Assembly: GCA_951406725.2 (NCBI GenBank)
Contig: OX597815.1
Span: 91,326,001-91,390,000, forward strand
Direction of reading: 5' to 3'
From: Octopus vulgaris
Lineage: Eukaryota
DNA: 64,000 nt
The translations under genes were made by a program, and so were the position numbers. Below, in pieces: positions 12,501-25,655 of the stretch. Under the pieces are notes generated by a model. That model did not search any database. It was not told the DNA's origin and worked only from the letters and a program-made list of their open reading frames with translations. Position 1 is the stretch's first letter, and every line of letters begins with the position of its first letter.

Positions 12501-15500
12501 CGTGACAATAAGCGGTGTGAGGGAATTTGACTGGGGACGGCATTGTCGATAAATAAACATTAGATAAATAGGTTTGAAAATCAGAAAAATCAGAGGGAAT
12601 ATCATTATTGATAGCTAATATAACACCGTAGCTGAGTAAAGAGGTTCTGTTAATCGTGAGCTAGCAAATGGGTTTGTATGAATCGGGAGACAATACTAAA
12701 CGAAAAATTGAAAAGTTGAAAAATCAGAGTGGCTATGAACCTGGAGACAAGTCTAAACGAAAAAAAAATGTTTGAGCTAGACAGGGTAATGAGGGAATAC
12801 TGAAAGAATGAGGGACAATACAATGAGATGGAAATTGAAGAATAGAGAAAGAATAAGGATAAGTGCAAGAAAGAAGGTAGTCGTAGCGAGGTTGGACGAT
12901 TCACTTAACTTTTAGCCATTCATGATCTGTGCGTATTCTTTAGATATTTTGAAGCGAGTGGGGTTAACGATAAATGCGATCGCTCCTTTATGTATGGCGA
13001 TGATGGTTTTGGGGAGGGGGGGGGCATAGAGGACCATGGCGATGATGGTTATGGGAAGGGGGGACATAGCGAGAGAGAGATAGGGTTAGTTAGAGAGAGA
13101 GGTCAAGGGACACGTGACAATAAGCGGTGTGAGGGAATTTGACTGGGGACGGCATTGTCGATAAATAAACATTAGATAAATAGGTTTGAAAATCAGAAAA
13201 ATCAGAGGGAATATCATTATTGATAGCTAATATAACACCGTAGCTGAGTAAAGAGGTTCTGTTAATCGTGAGCTAGCAAATGGGTTTGTATGAATCGGGA
13301 GACAATACTAAACGAAAAATTGAAAAGTTGAAAAATCAGAGTGGCTATGAACCTGGAGACAAGTCTAAACGAAAAAAAAATGTTTGAGCTAGACAGGGTA
13401 ATGAGGGAATACTGAAAGAATGAGGGACAATACAATGAGATGGAAATTGAAGAATAGAGAAAGAATAAGGATAAGTGCAAGAAAGAAGGTAGTCGTAGCG
13501 AGGTTGGACGATTCACTTAACTTTTAGCCATTCATGATCTGTGCGTATTCTTTAGATATTTTGAAGCGAGTGGGGTTAACGATAAATGCGATCGCTCCTT
13601 TATGTATGGCGATGATGGTTTTGGGGAGGGGGGGGGCATAGAGGACCATGGCGATGATGGTTATGGGAAGGGGGGACATAGCGAGAGAGAGATAGGGTTA
13701 GTTAGAGAGAGAGGTCAAGGGACACGTGACAATAAGCGGTGTGAGGGAATTTGACTGGGGACGGCATTGTCGATAAATAAACATTAGATAAATAGGTTTG
13801 AAAATCAGAAAAATCAGAGGGAATATCATTATTGATAGCTAATATAACACCGTAGCTGAGTAAAGAGGTTCTGTTAATCGTGAGCTAGCAAATGGGTTTG
13901 TATGAATCGGGAGACAATACTAAACGAAAAATTGAAAAATTGAAAAATCAGAGTGGCTATGAACCTGGAGACAAGTCTAAACGAAAAAAAATGTTTGAGC
14001 TAGACAGGGTAATGAGGGAATACTGAAAGAATGAGGGACAATACAATGAGATGGAAATTGAAGAATAGAGAAAGAATAAGGATAAGTACAAGAAAGAAGG
14101 TAGTCGTAGCGAGGTTGGACGATTCACTTAACTTTTAGCCATTCATGATCTGTGCGTATTCTTTAGATATTTTGAAGCGAGTGGGGTTAACGATAAATGC
14201 GATCGCTCCTTTATGAATGGCGATGATGGTTTTGGGGAGGGGGGGCATAGAGGACCATGGCGATGATGGTTATGGGAAGGGGGGACATAGCGAGAGAGAG
14301 ATAGGGTTAGTTAGAGAGAGAGGTCAAGGGACACGTGACAATAAGCGGTGTGAGGGAATTTGACTGGGGACGGCATTGTCGATAAATAAACATTAGATAA
14401 ATAGGTTTGAAAATCAGAAAAATCAGAGGGAATATCATTATTGATAGCTAATATAACACCGTAGCTGAGTAAAGAGGTTCTGTTAATCGTGAGCTAGCAA
14501 ATGGGTTTGTATGAATCGGGAGACAATACTAAACGAAAAATTGAAAAATTGAAAAATCAGAGTGGCTATGAACCTGGAGACAAGTCTAAACGAAAAAAAA
14601 TGTTTGAGCTAGACAGGGTAATGAGGGAATACTGAAAGAATGAGGGACAATACAATGAGATGGAAATTGAAGAATAGAGAAAGAATAAGGATAAGTGCAA
14701 GAAAGAAGGTAGTCGTAGCGAGGTTGGACGATTCACTTAACTTTTAGCCATTCATGATCTGTGCGTATTCTTTAGATATTTTGAAGCGAGTGGGGTTAAC
14801 GATAAATGCGATCGCTCCTTTATGAATGGCGATGATGGTTTTGGGGAGGGGGGGCATAGAGGACCATGGCGATGATGGTTATGGGAAGGGGGGACATAGC
14901 GAGAGAGAGATAGGGTTAGTTAGAGAGAGAGGTCAAGGGACACGTGACAATAAGCGGTGTGAGGGAATTTGACTGGGGACGGCATTGTCGATAAATAAAC
15001 ATTAGATAAATAGGTTTGAAAATCAGAAAAATCAGAGGGAATATCATTATTGATAGCTAATATAACACCGTAGCTGAGTAAAGAGGTTCTGTTAATCGTG
15101 AGCTAGCAAATGGGTTTGTATGAATCGGGAGACAATACTAAACGAAAAATTGAAAAATTGAAAAATCAGAGTGGCTATGAACCTGGAGACAAGTCTAAAC
15201 GAAAAAAAATGTTTGAGCTAGACAGGGTAATGAGGGAATACTGAAAGAATGAGGGACAATACAATGAGATGGAAATTGAAGAATAGAGAAAGAATAAGGA
15301 TAAGTGCAAGAAAGAAGGTAGTCGTAGCGAGGTTGGACGATTCACTTAACTTTTAGCCATTCATGATCTGTGCGTATTCTTTAGATATTTTGAAGCGAGT
15401 GGGGTTAACGATAAATGCGATCGCTCCTTTATGTATGGCGATGATGGTTTTGGGGAGGGGGGGGGGGCATAGAGGACCATGGCGATGATGGTTATGGGAA

Positions 15501-17424
15501 GGGGGGACATAGCGAGAGAGAGATAGGGTTAGTTAGAGAGAGAGGTCAAGGGACACGTGACAATAAGCGGTGTGAGGGAATTTGACTGGGGACGGCATTG
15601 TCGATAAATAAACATTAGATAAATAGGTTTGAAAATCAGAAAAATCAGAGGGAATATCATTATTGATAGCTAATATAACACCGTAGCTGAGTAAAGAGGT
15701 TCTGTTAATCGTGAGCTAGCAAATGGGTTTGTATGAATCGGGAGACAATACTAAACGAAAAATTGAAAAGTTGAAAAATCAGAGTGGCTATGAACCTGGA
15801 GACAAGTCTAAACGAAAAAAAATGTTTGAGCTAGACAGGGTAATGAGGGAATACTGAAAGAATGAGGGACAATACAATGAGATGGAAATTGAAGAATAGA
15901 GAAAGAATAAGGATAAGTGCAAGAAAGAAGGTAGTCGTAGCGAGGTTGGACGATTCACTTAACTTTTAGCCATTCATGATCTGTGCGTATTCTTTAGATA
16001 TTTTGAAGCGAGTGGGGTTAACGATAAATGCGATCGCTCCTTTATGTATGGCGATGATGGTTTTGGGGAGGGGGGGGCATAGAGGACCATGGCGATGATG
16101 GTTATGGGAAGGGGGGACATAGCGAGAGAGAGATAGGGTTAGTTAGAGAGAGAGGTCAAGGGACACGTGACAATAAGCGGTGTGAGGGAATTTGACTGGG
16201 GACGGCATTGTCGATAAATAAACATTAGATAAATAGGTTTGAAAATCAGAAAAATCAGAGGGAATATCAATTGATAGCTAATATAACACCGTAGCTGAGT
16301 AAAGAGGTTCTGTTAATCGTGAGCTAGCAAATGGGTTTGTATGAATCGGGAGACAATACTAAACGAAAAATTGAAAAGTTGAAAAATCAGAGTGGCTATG
16401 AACCTGGAGACAAGTCTAAACGAAAAAAAATGTTTGAGCTAGACAGGGTAATGAGGGAATACTGAAAGAATGAGGGACAATACAATGAGATGGAAATTGA
16501 AGAATAGAGAAAGAATAAGGATAAGTGCAAGAAAGAAGGTAGTCGTAGCGAGGTTGGACGATTCACTTAACTTTTAGCCATTCATGATCTGTGCGTATTC
16601 TTTAGATATTTTGAAGCGAGTGGGGTTAACGATAAATGCGATCGCTCCTTTATGAATGGCGATGATGGTTTTGGGGAGGGGGGCATAGAGGACCATGGCG
16701 ATGATGGTTATGGGAAGGGGGGACATAGCGAGAGAGAGATAGGGTTAGTTAGAGAGAGAGGTCAAGGGACACGTGACAATAAGCGGTGTGAGGGAATTTG
16801 ACTGGGGACGGCATTGTCGATAAATAAACATTAGATAAATAGGTTTGAAAATCAGAAAAATCAGAGGGAATATCATTATTGATAGCTAATATAACACCGT
16901 AGCTGAGTAAAGAGGTTCTGTTAATCGTGAGCTAGCAAATGAGTTTGTATGAATCGGGAGACAATACTAAACGAAAAATTGAAAAATTGAAAAATCAGAG
17001 TGGCTATGAACCTGGAGACAAGTCTAAACGAAAAAAAATGTTTGAGCTAGACAGGGTAATGAGGGAATACTGAAAGAATGAGGGACAATACAATGAGATG
17101 GAAATTGAAGAATAGAGAAAGAATAAGGATAAGTGCAAGAAAGAAGGTAGTCGTAGCGAGGTTGGACGATTCACTTAACTTTTAGCCATTCATGATCTGT
17201 GCGTATTCTTTAGATAATTTGAAGCGAGTGGGGTTAACGATAAATGCGATCGCTCCTTTATGAATGGCGATGATGGTTTTGGGGAGGGGGGGGGCATAGA
17301 GGACCATGGCGATGATGGTTATGGGAAGGGGGACATAGCGAGAGAGAGATAGGGTTAGTTAGAGAGAGAGGTCAAGGGACACGTGACAATAAGCGGTGTG
17401 AGGGAATTTGACTGGGGACGGCAT
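6525..17424. repeat. Tandem array of ~610 bp units, 17 full copies plus one 530 bp partial copy
   Basis: The unit start caccgtagctgagtaaagagg occurs at 6525, 7134, 7744, 8354, 8964, 9574, 10185, 10794, 11403, 12014, 12624, 13236, 13848, 14457, 15066, 15679, 16287 and 16895. Copies differ only in homopolymer length, a few SNPs and one small indel. Confidence 0.98.
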
Positions 17425-17560
17425 ATATATATATATATATATCAAGGGTAATTTACACCTTGATTTGTACAATAACTAACCATTATTTAAAATTGAATGT
17501 GTATTCCCATTTGTGTATTGTTTCCTTTTATTATCTGTATATATACTTACACAGGTAAGA

Positions 17561-17759
17561 TGCAGCATGGAATTTTGTCAGTGAACAGGTCGCGGTCTCA
17601 AAACAACGAAAATATTTTGACAAATTAAATTTAAATGTTGTAGTGAATCTAACAGTTTTTGTGTGCTCCTTAAATGGCTTATAAACACCTTCCACGCTGC
17701 AATTGTTTTCGTTCCAGCACACGATCTCAGATCAGGTCACTTGCTATGCAAGTACATCG
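17561..17759 (+). mobile_element. ~200 bp dispersed repeat (Penelope-like terminal repeat) carrying a variant hammerhead; second copy at 61375-61656
   Basis: gcagca..ttttgtcagtgaacaggtcgcggtctcaaa...aaacaccttcca.gct is shared with 61520-61656, and the distal part is the reverse complement of 61377-61519. Confidence 0.75.
17574..17624 (+). ncRNA. Minimal hammerhead-like motif with G3-C8 core (GUGAACA), decayed stem II
   Basis: TTTGTCA GTGAACA G GTCGC ggtctcaaa ACAAC GAAA ATAT TT TGACAAA. Confidence 0.5.
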
Positions 17760-18209
17760 TAATATATATACTTAATAATTTCTAAATTAGGATGTAATAT
17801 TTTTAACATTTATATCTGTCATTATAAATACAAAGTCGATATATAAAGAAAGAAGCAATTAAAGAAAGAAAACAAGTCCATAGACAGGATATAAAATAAT
17901 ATATCTGTCTAGCCTGGTGACCATTACTGATTATACTACAGAACAGCCAGTATTAATAGCATCGAGTGGCTAACAAATTATCTACGAATCAAATTAAATG
18001 CTAATAAAGATTTAATAATACAGTTAAATAGCAGATAAAATGTTTATAGTAGTTAATTCAAGAAGAACCAGTGCCAATGAGGGGTTTCATAGCAAAAATG
18101 GAAACAGCAATTTCCCAGCACTTGAGAGAAATGCAGTTTGATTCCTATCAGTTGACCATAAATTGATTCTTGCAACAACTAATGTCACTTACATTAAATC
18201 TTAGCCATA

Positions 18210-18247
<38 letters not shown>

Positions 18248-18336
18248 AATAATAAAAGAGTAAAATTAATTAATTATTAATTAATAATTTTACCAAGTAG
18301 TGTTCAGTATGTAAAAAGACATTTACGGTATATTTA

Positions 18337-18428
18337 AAACATTACGTTATATAATTAGGGTTCAGTAAAAAAATTTACTTTACCACACAGTAAATTTTTT
18401 TTACTGAACCCTAATTATATAACGTAAT

Positions 18429-18432
<4 letters not shown>
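18337..18432. repeat. Near-perfect fold-back hairpin (~43 bp arms) between (TA)n tracts
   Basis: aaacattacgttatataattagggttcagtaaaaaaatttact / agtaaattttttttactgaaccctaattatataacgtaatgttt with a 9-nt loop. Confidence 0.85.
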
Positions 18433-18483
<51 letters not shown>

Positions 18484-18532
18484 TACATACACACACACAG
18501 ACACACACACACATATATATATGGATATATAC

Positions 18533-18839
18533 ATATCATCATCATCATTTAATGTACAGTGTCCATGCTGGCATGAGTTGGATAGTTTGACCAGAGTTGA
18601 CAAGCTGAAAGGCTGTACTAGACTCCAGTCTGATTTGGCATAGTTTCTACACCTTGATGCCCTTCCTAATGATGATATATACAATGGACTTCTTTCAGTT
18701 TTCATCTGCCAAATCCACTCACAAGGCTTTGGTCAGCCCAAGGCTATAGTAGAAGACATTTGCCCATAATGCCACACAATGGGACTGAACCCGGAACCAT
18801 GTGGTTGGGAAGCAAGCTTATTACCATTAAGCCATGCCT
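18533..18839 (-). mobile_element. RTE-type 3' tail fragment (18533-18670) fused to a family A SINE head (18681-18839)
   Basis: catcatcatcatttaatgtacagtgtccatgctggcatgagttgg...gatgcccttcctaatg matches 2578-2720, followed by ctttcagttttcatctgccaaatccactcacaaggc...gggaagcaagctt. Confidence 0.75.
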
Positions 18840-19444
18840 ATAGATAGATAGATAGATAGATATGTGTGTATGTATTCGTATACGTATGCTGTATGTATGT
18901 ATGTATGTATGTATGTATGTATGTATGTATGTATGTATGTATGTATCTATGTATGCATGTATGTATGTCTGCGATTATTTTCATAACTTGGAAAGAAGGG
19001 TGTAAACAAGCCTTGAGTTGGATCAAGAACTGATTATTGTTTTTATGTTTGGCTTATCATAAAGAGAAGCGACATTATTATTGGTTAGCAATTAGTAAGG
19101 CGTGCCTGGTTGTTATGTAGGAGGTGTGGCTGATTCTAAGAATTAGAAAAGATGGCTGTATTTTTTAGAATTAATATTTTTAATAAATCTGTTCTTGCAT
19201 ATGTGTGTATGTGTGTGTGTGAGTGAGTGTGTGTGTGTGTGTATGTGAGTGTATGTGTGCCTATAATAAAGACATATTTTCAAATGTATATGTAATAGAT
19301 AGATAGATAGATAGATAGATATAGATATAAAGATATATATATATATGTGTGGGTGTGTATACATATATATATATATATATAAATTATTATATATATATAA
19401 CTATTATATATATAAATATATAATTATAATTATTATATAATCAT

Positions 19445-19498
<54 letters not shown>

Positions 19499-19664
19499 TA
19501 CACATATACAGACACACACATATGCAGTTGCACATTTAGATAGATTTAGGGAATATAACTAATGTATTATCAATATTAATTAATTTAATTGATTATTGCA
19601 ATTGTTCATTAGAATTTGATTTAATATTAATTAGGCATGTATTCGTAGTTTTGTACCTGCATGT

Positions 19665-19790
19665 TTAAATGAACAATGGTAATGTCTTAACAGAGCTAGT
19701 TATTTGTTTATTAAGGAAAGGCTTTAGTGCTCTGACATACAATGAATTAATTATTTTGTTATAAATTAACAGCAAAAATTCCAATTTATA
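19665..19790 (-). pseudogene. Penelope-like GIY-YIG C-terminal remnant
   Basis: Translation KIINSLYVRALKPFLNKQITSSVKTLPLFI* fits the PLE C-terminal pattern (I.E.L.I...KP.LN.Q....L.LF*). Confidence 0.45.
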
Positions 19791-19944
19791 CTCAATTAAA
19801 TTTTGCAATCTTGTAAATACCAGTTTAAGTTTAACCAGGAAAAAATAAGCCCTGCTAAGAACTGAACTACATTCTTTTTGCTTATTGGATGAATAAAATA
19901 TAAAAATAGGCAAAGGTTACTTTCTTGAGTTGTACTGACTCATA

Positions 19945-20578
19945 AGGGCTGGTTTCCCAGTTTCCATGGCATATATATTCCCCACCTAGATGGAGCCACA
20001 TGTATGGTTTATAACAGGATTACTCATTTTTGCCAGCTGAGTGGACTGGAATAATGTGAAATGAAGTGTTTTGCTCAAGAACTCAATGCATCACCTGGTC
20101 CAGGAATCGAAACCACAATCTTACGATCATGAATTTAACACCCCAACCACTAAGCTACACACCACCACTACTGGGGGAATAAGACACTACTTGTTGATTT
20201 TTACCACCAGGTCAATCTTTCTCTGAGAAGACCTAAGATCAAAGGTATGCAAGCAACAACAATCACTTCTTTTTTATTGCTTGTTCCTTCTCGAGCCATG
20301 CCTGGCTCATTAGGGCCGGTTTCCTTGGTGTATAGGTTCCCCACTTGGATGGACGCCTGTCCATCGCAGGTGAGCTGCAAGATGCAGTAGGAAAGAGTGA
20401 GAGAAAGTTGTGGCAAAAGAGTCAGCAGAAGTTCACCATTACCTTCTGCCAGAGCCGGATGAAGCTTAGGTGGTTTCGCGCATAAACACACACACACACA
20501 CAGCTCAGTCTGAGATTCAAACCCACGATCCCTTGACCGTGAGTCCACTGCCCTAACCACTAGGCCATATGCCTCCAC
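19945..20578 (-). mobile_element. Two adjacent tRNA-derived SINEs (~19945-20165 and ~20275-20578)
   Basis: Minus-strand heads tgtagcttagtggttgggg...gtggtttcgattcctggacc and tggaggcatatggcctagtggttagggcagtggactcacggtc...gggtttgaatctcag contain A- and B-box-like motifs. Confidence 0.7.
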
Positions 20579-21426
20579 TTCTTTTTGTTACTGTAGTCTT
20601 ATATTTAGCTGTTATTTTCATCAGGCCATGTGATTCTGTAAAGATTCTCTTCTTGGTTTTTAATCATAACTTACTAAGTTTGTGTTCTCTCAAATCTTGT
20701 TTAAGTTCATAATATAAGTGTTTACTTACTGCTTTTACTGAACTTTTATTCCTACACTGAGCACCTATACTTCACTGGAATTCATCAACAACATCAGCCT
20801 CTACAGAGACAAGTCTTTTTCTTACACTGGGGTAATGTGGTGATAGTTTTGTATGTAGATGTGTATGTATATCTTTCGCACTTCCTTTATATGTGTGCAG
20901 TGTGTGTGTGTGCATGTGTATTTGTGTGTGTAAATCAACACCTCTAACAACATTATTCATGTTTTCAATTTTGTTTCAATTTAATTATTCAATCAATTTC
21001 TGTCTAAATTTAACTATGTACAATACATGAATTATGTATATATGCAGCTGTGTACCTGTATTTGTGTATTCGAGAAGTCTGTTTATTATTATGCAACACA
21101 CAAAATATCCATCAAAAATGACAGGGTTTATTTCTGCTTCTTTCAGTAATTTTTGATGTTTTTGCTACGAGGTTAGCTCTGTTTTCTTCTTGTGCTTCAT
21201 TTTGTCTTCTTTCAGTTATTCTTAGTTTTTTATCTTCACTCTTCTTCATTATTCTCGACGACGTGTTCACATACTTCATTGTATCTTCTCTTCCAACATC
21301 TATATTTGTGTATGTGTGTGTATGCATTTATGAGTGTGTTTGTGTATATATGTACAGGAATATATATGTGTGTGTGTACATACATACAAACTATATATAT
21401 ATACATACAAATATATATATATACAT

Positions 21427-21486
<60 letters not shown>

Positions 21487-21604
21487 ATATATATATATAT
21501 ATATATATATCCTCTCTCTTTTTACTCAGTTAAAATCTGCCTCCATTGCTTCTCTTCATTTCTCAATGTTTTTCCTCACACACTCTAATTAATATCATGT
21601 ACAA

Positions 21605-21652
<48 letters not shown>

Positions 21653-21879
21653 CAGTTTTATTCTAAACCTCAGTTATTTTATCACATTACCTCTCTAACT
21701 GCCTCCTCTCAGTTGTAGAACTCTGTCTTCTATCTTTCAACCCTTTCTTTCATACTTATGCTATCTCTTCTTTTCACATTCTTTTTCCCCGCCCTCTTTC
21801 TATTTCACTGTCTGTTTTGCAAGGCTCTTTGTCATGCAACTACTGACTGTTAGTTATTCTCTCTCTCTCTCTCTCTCTC

Positions 21880-21934
<55 letters not shown>

Positions 21935-22440
21935 CTATCTATCCCCAAATTACTTATTTTCCTAAGTAATCCATCTATCTTGATAATTCTCTTCTTCCCT
22001 TTTCATGTCTCTCATCACAGCTACTGTTTTCTCCTTCCAACACGAAAGAAAGAGAGAAATCAGCCAACAAAAAAACTTGACTCATAACTAAGCATTACAT
22101 ATATTAAGATAATTCTTTTAAATTTATCAGCCAGATATTGTAACAATGTCTATTTCCAATATTTCATTCCCTAATTCATACATTTCAAAACTAGATTTCA
22201 AATATAATATAATAACGTCAACTTATAATATTTTACTTTACTATTTATATACATGTGTGTATCTCTCTCTCTCTCTCTTTTCTCTCTCTCTCTTTTTCTC
22301 TCTCTTTTCTCTCTCTCCCTTATATATATATATATATGTGTGTGTGTGAATGTATGTATATGTATGTATATGTGTCAGTCGCCATGATAGATCATTAGCC
22401 GCTACACACATTTTTTTCTCTCCTTGTTTTTTCTGTGTAC

Positions 22441-22476
22441 CTTTCTGTAGAAGAGCATAGGCTCGAAACATAAAAG
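22441..22476 (+). ncRNA. Degenerate minimal hammerhead-like motif (A6U core) in a ~190 bp repeat ending at (TA)n
   Basis: CTTT CTGTAGA A GAGC atag GCTC GAAA CA TA AAAG. Confidence 0.45.
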
Positions 22477-22639
22477 ACTTTTTCTATTCCTGAGCGTTAT
22501 ACTAATACATCTGTTTGTTTTGTACACCACCTGTCTTCATCTTTTGTTTTTTTCGTAAACTCTCCCTATATATATATATAATATATACATGTTATACAGA
22601 CACACACACACAAGCACACACATGCACGCACACACAAAT

Positions 22640-23700
22640 GCACATCTATCTTGAAGGCATCCTTTAGTTTTGTGAGCAGTCCATCAGTGATTGCAAAGAC
22701 TTGTTTGATCATGTTGACAGAGCAACACCTGCAATGACTGCAGAGACCAAATGTGGGAGACAGTTCTAACTGAAGTGATTGCACATAAAGGTGCCATCCA
22801 CCAGTCTTGTCCTGGTAAAGTTTTTCTCATCAATTTTGTTTACTTTCATCAACAAACATCAGCCTCTCCTCTAATGTTTTTTAAAGTATTGTCCAATTCC
22901 AGTCTCCAACAGGAACCCATCATCTGCACTGCCTTCTCACTTTTCAATGCTCATGCAAAAAGACTTTGTCTCACTTGCTGACATCTTTGAAATGAAGCTG
23001 GAGCTGTCTTCATGTTCTCTCACCAGATGCCTGTTCCCCATACAGCAGGTTTGGGGAATCCTCCCAAGTGACATATTGTGTACATGGCTCATCCAACAGA
23101 GGTGCCGTTGTTGTAGTACTTTATTGTTAGTAACTTGATGTTTAGAATCCATCTCAGGCTGCATAGATGGGTGGCATTGAGATGCTGTTCTTGTTTAGAG
23201 GAAATGCTACTTCAGGTCTCACTGCTGAGGATACAAACTTTGTTCAGTGCAACCTTAGCATGCTATTTCTGTCTTTGTAATGTGTGCCTTCAATGATTAA
23301 TATCATACTATTCTGCCTGACTTTCATTGTCAGACTAGTTAATGTGTTAATGTTGAAGATACTTCTCCAATATATCAGTTGATTTCACACTCCAGAAAGA
23401 GTTTATGCCTAATGGTGGAACTGAAGTATGTAAACTTAAAGACTTCCTCCAGCCAACAGTTTTTGATAGTATTGGTATGGAAATGCTCAGCACCTTGGCC
23501 CAACACTTTTGTCTTCTTCAGACTGTTGGTCAAGCTAAAGTTTTCACAAGTTCATGCAAAACTGTCCACAAAGCATTGCAGTTACACCTCCAAGTGTGTT
23601 GCCAGTGCTGCATCATCTGCAAACAGCTGGTCCTTGATGACTGCTTCATATACTTTGGTTTTTATCCTAATTTTTTGCTTTATTTAGGTAAATTACCTAG
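22640..23700 (-). mobile_element. Decayed RTE/BovB-like LINE, 3' part of RT
   Basis: Minus-strand IKDQLFADDAALA (FADD at 23612-23623), WMSHVHNM..GRIP, LQLHFKDVSK*D and a C-terminal GL.SH.R.C zinc-finger remnant; many stops. Confidence 0.75.
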
Positions 23701-23970
23701 GCCATAAATGCATTCTACTCTTTTTGTACATGTCTAGGTATATAGTACTACAGGAGACAAGGTAGAGAAACTACTGTGCTGGGGATGTATATTGAGACAG
23801 GAACATGTATCGCAGGTGACCTCTTGTCTACAGACAATCAGAGAATCTTTTTCTTAAAAACATGTCAAGTTTTAAAAAATTTTTTGATGCTTGACATTAT
23901 CTCCCCTTTTCATTTGATGTTGATTCTAACTGTCAACCAGCTACCCTCTCTGAAAACAAAAATAGTTTAA

Positions 23971-24191
23971 CCCTTTCGTTACTGTATTTATTTTGAGATG
24001 CTCTGTGTTTCTTCCAATTATTTTAAATATAAGAAAGAAGTTAGTAAAATAACATCGTTATCATTGAGCTAGTGTTAGGAACATAAATTGTGACTAAAAT
24101 TTGGTGGAAATTTTGAATTCAAAACTTATGAAAACAAGACATTTATACTAAAGAGCCAGAGCCGGTTTCAGCCGGGTTGGTAACGAAAGGG
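23971..24191. mobile_element. piggyBac-type MITE (221 bp) with TTAA target duplication
   Basis: TTAA|ccctttcgttac ... gtaacgaaaggg|TTAA; a homologous copy lies at 55904-56124. Confidence 0.85.
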
Positions 24192-24578
24192 TTAAAAAAC
24201 CTAATAATTTATTTTTATATTCAATATTCCTTTAGTCCATTTTGTTGTTGAAATACATGCCACAAGTTACTCTGGATTATTTCTCTTCACTTTAGCTATA
24301 TATATTCAGCTAAAGTGTTATACTCAAGATCATGAGATCATGGTTTCATTTCCTTAACTGGCTGTACATTGTGTTCTTGAGTAAAACATTACATTTCAAG
24401 TCGCTTCAGTCCACTAAGCTGAAAATGGGGAACCCTGTGATGGACTGACATTTCATTCAAGGATACTATTAGTCTGCTCACCTATGTAGTGGATGGCATC
24501 ATTTGAAAGTTAAAAAAATGTGAAGTACCTTGTAACAGGGATGTATAACATCTGAGAGTCTGGTTGATATCATAATAT

Positions 24579-24675
<97 letters not shown>

Positions 24676-24701
24676 TATAAACATATATACACATATATAT
24701 A

Positions 24702-24769
<68 letters not shown>

Positions 24770-25172
24770 GTAGTTTCAGTTCAGAGATGCGACCATGCTG
24801 ATGCACTGCCATTTTGCTGCACTGATATTACTGAGAGCCTCCTCCAATATGTAGCTCTTGGTGAAGAATGGAGTTTAATGTAGCTACCCTCATTTGCACC
24901 TTGTGCCGTGAGGTAGGTTCATCTGGGACTCTCGACAGGAAGAGATCCAGCTTTGATATAAAAACGCCTACATCTACTTTGTGCAGGTTCCTCAGACTCT
25001 TTGGGAGAATATTAAAAAGTTGTGGGCCCCTGAAACCCAGGCTGTTGCAGTAATTGGTCCTAAAGTGCGATGGTGTTGCTTGGATCTTTGGCACTATGCA
25101 GTGTCGTCTTATTCTGACATTGGTGTAGCTTTCAATGCCAAAATTTGGCACAATTCCTTCCAGGATCTTCCA
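24770..25172 (-). mobile_element. 5'-truncated CR1/L2-group LINE 3' end between (TA)n tracts
   Basis: Translation WKILEGIVPNFG...SLGFRGPQLFNILPKSLRNL..VGVFISKLDLFLSRVPDEP matches the CR1-group C-terminal motif (G..LFN.LP..LR....F...LD.FL). Confidence 0.7.
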
Positions 25173-25274
25173 GATATATATATATATACATATATATATA
25201 TGTTTTATACGTAATAAAGAATAAAATCACTTTAATGACTTTATCAAGTGGTCAGCATAAAATTAAGTAAATTT

Positions 25275-25655
25275 TATATACTATATTAATACTTATATGC
25301 ATAATTTATATCAAGGAATCAGACAAGCCTCTTCATGTGCTAACAATAGATGCCAAATGGCGCTAAAAACTACCTTAAATTTCCTATAGCACAGGTTGTA
25401 AGCAGGCAAATGAAAAATAATAAATCAAACTTTTGGTCAATTGTGTATTGGAATCAATTTCAAGTTTGAAATTGGTTGGAATTGCTTCCAATACACAAGT
25501 GGCCAGAGTCTCATTTATTATTTTTCATTTGGCCACTTACAACCTGTGCTATAGGGCATTTAAGGTGGTTTTTAATGCCATTTGGCATCTATTCTTAGTG
25601 CATGGAGAGGCTCATCTAAGCCCTCGATATAATTATGTATATAATTATTAATATA

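Larger units (their letters stand above)
2578..17424 (-). mobile_element. Full-length RTE-clade non-LTR retrotransposon with a tandem-array 5' region, inserted in (TA)n
   Basis: Components in order: (GAT)n tail at 2578-2598, ~600 bp 3' UTR, APE-RT ORF at 3188-6352, 172 bp unique leader, 610-bp tandem array at 6525-17424. (TA)n tracts abut both ends (2547-2577 and 17423-17442). Confidence 0.85.

Noticed and set aside
6525-17424. Array as a CRISPR locus or as a tandem gene cluster (repeated 72-aa and 84-aa ORFs)
   Set aside because: There are no unique spacers and no cas genes. The ORFs open and close with homopolymer length and a TGT/TGA SNP between units, so they are not under coding constraint.
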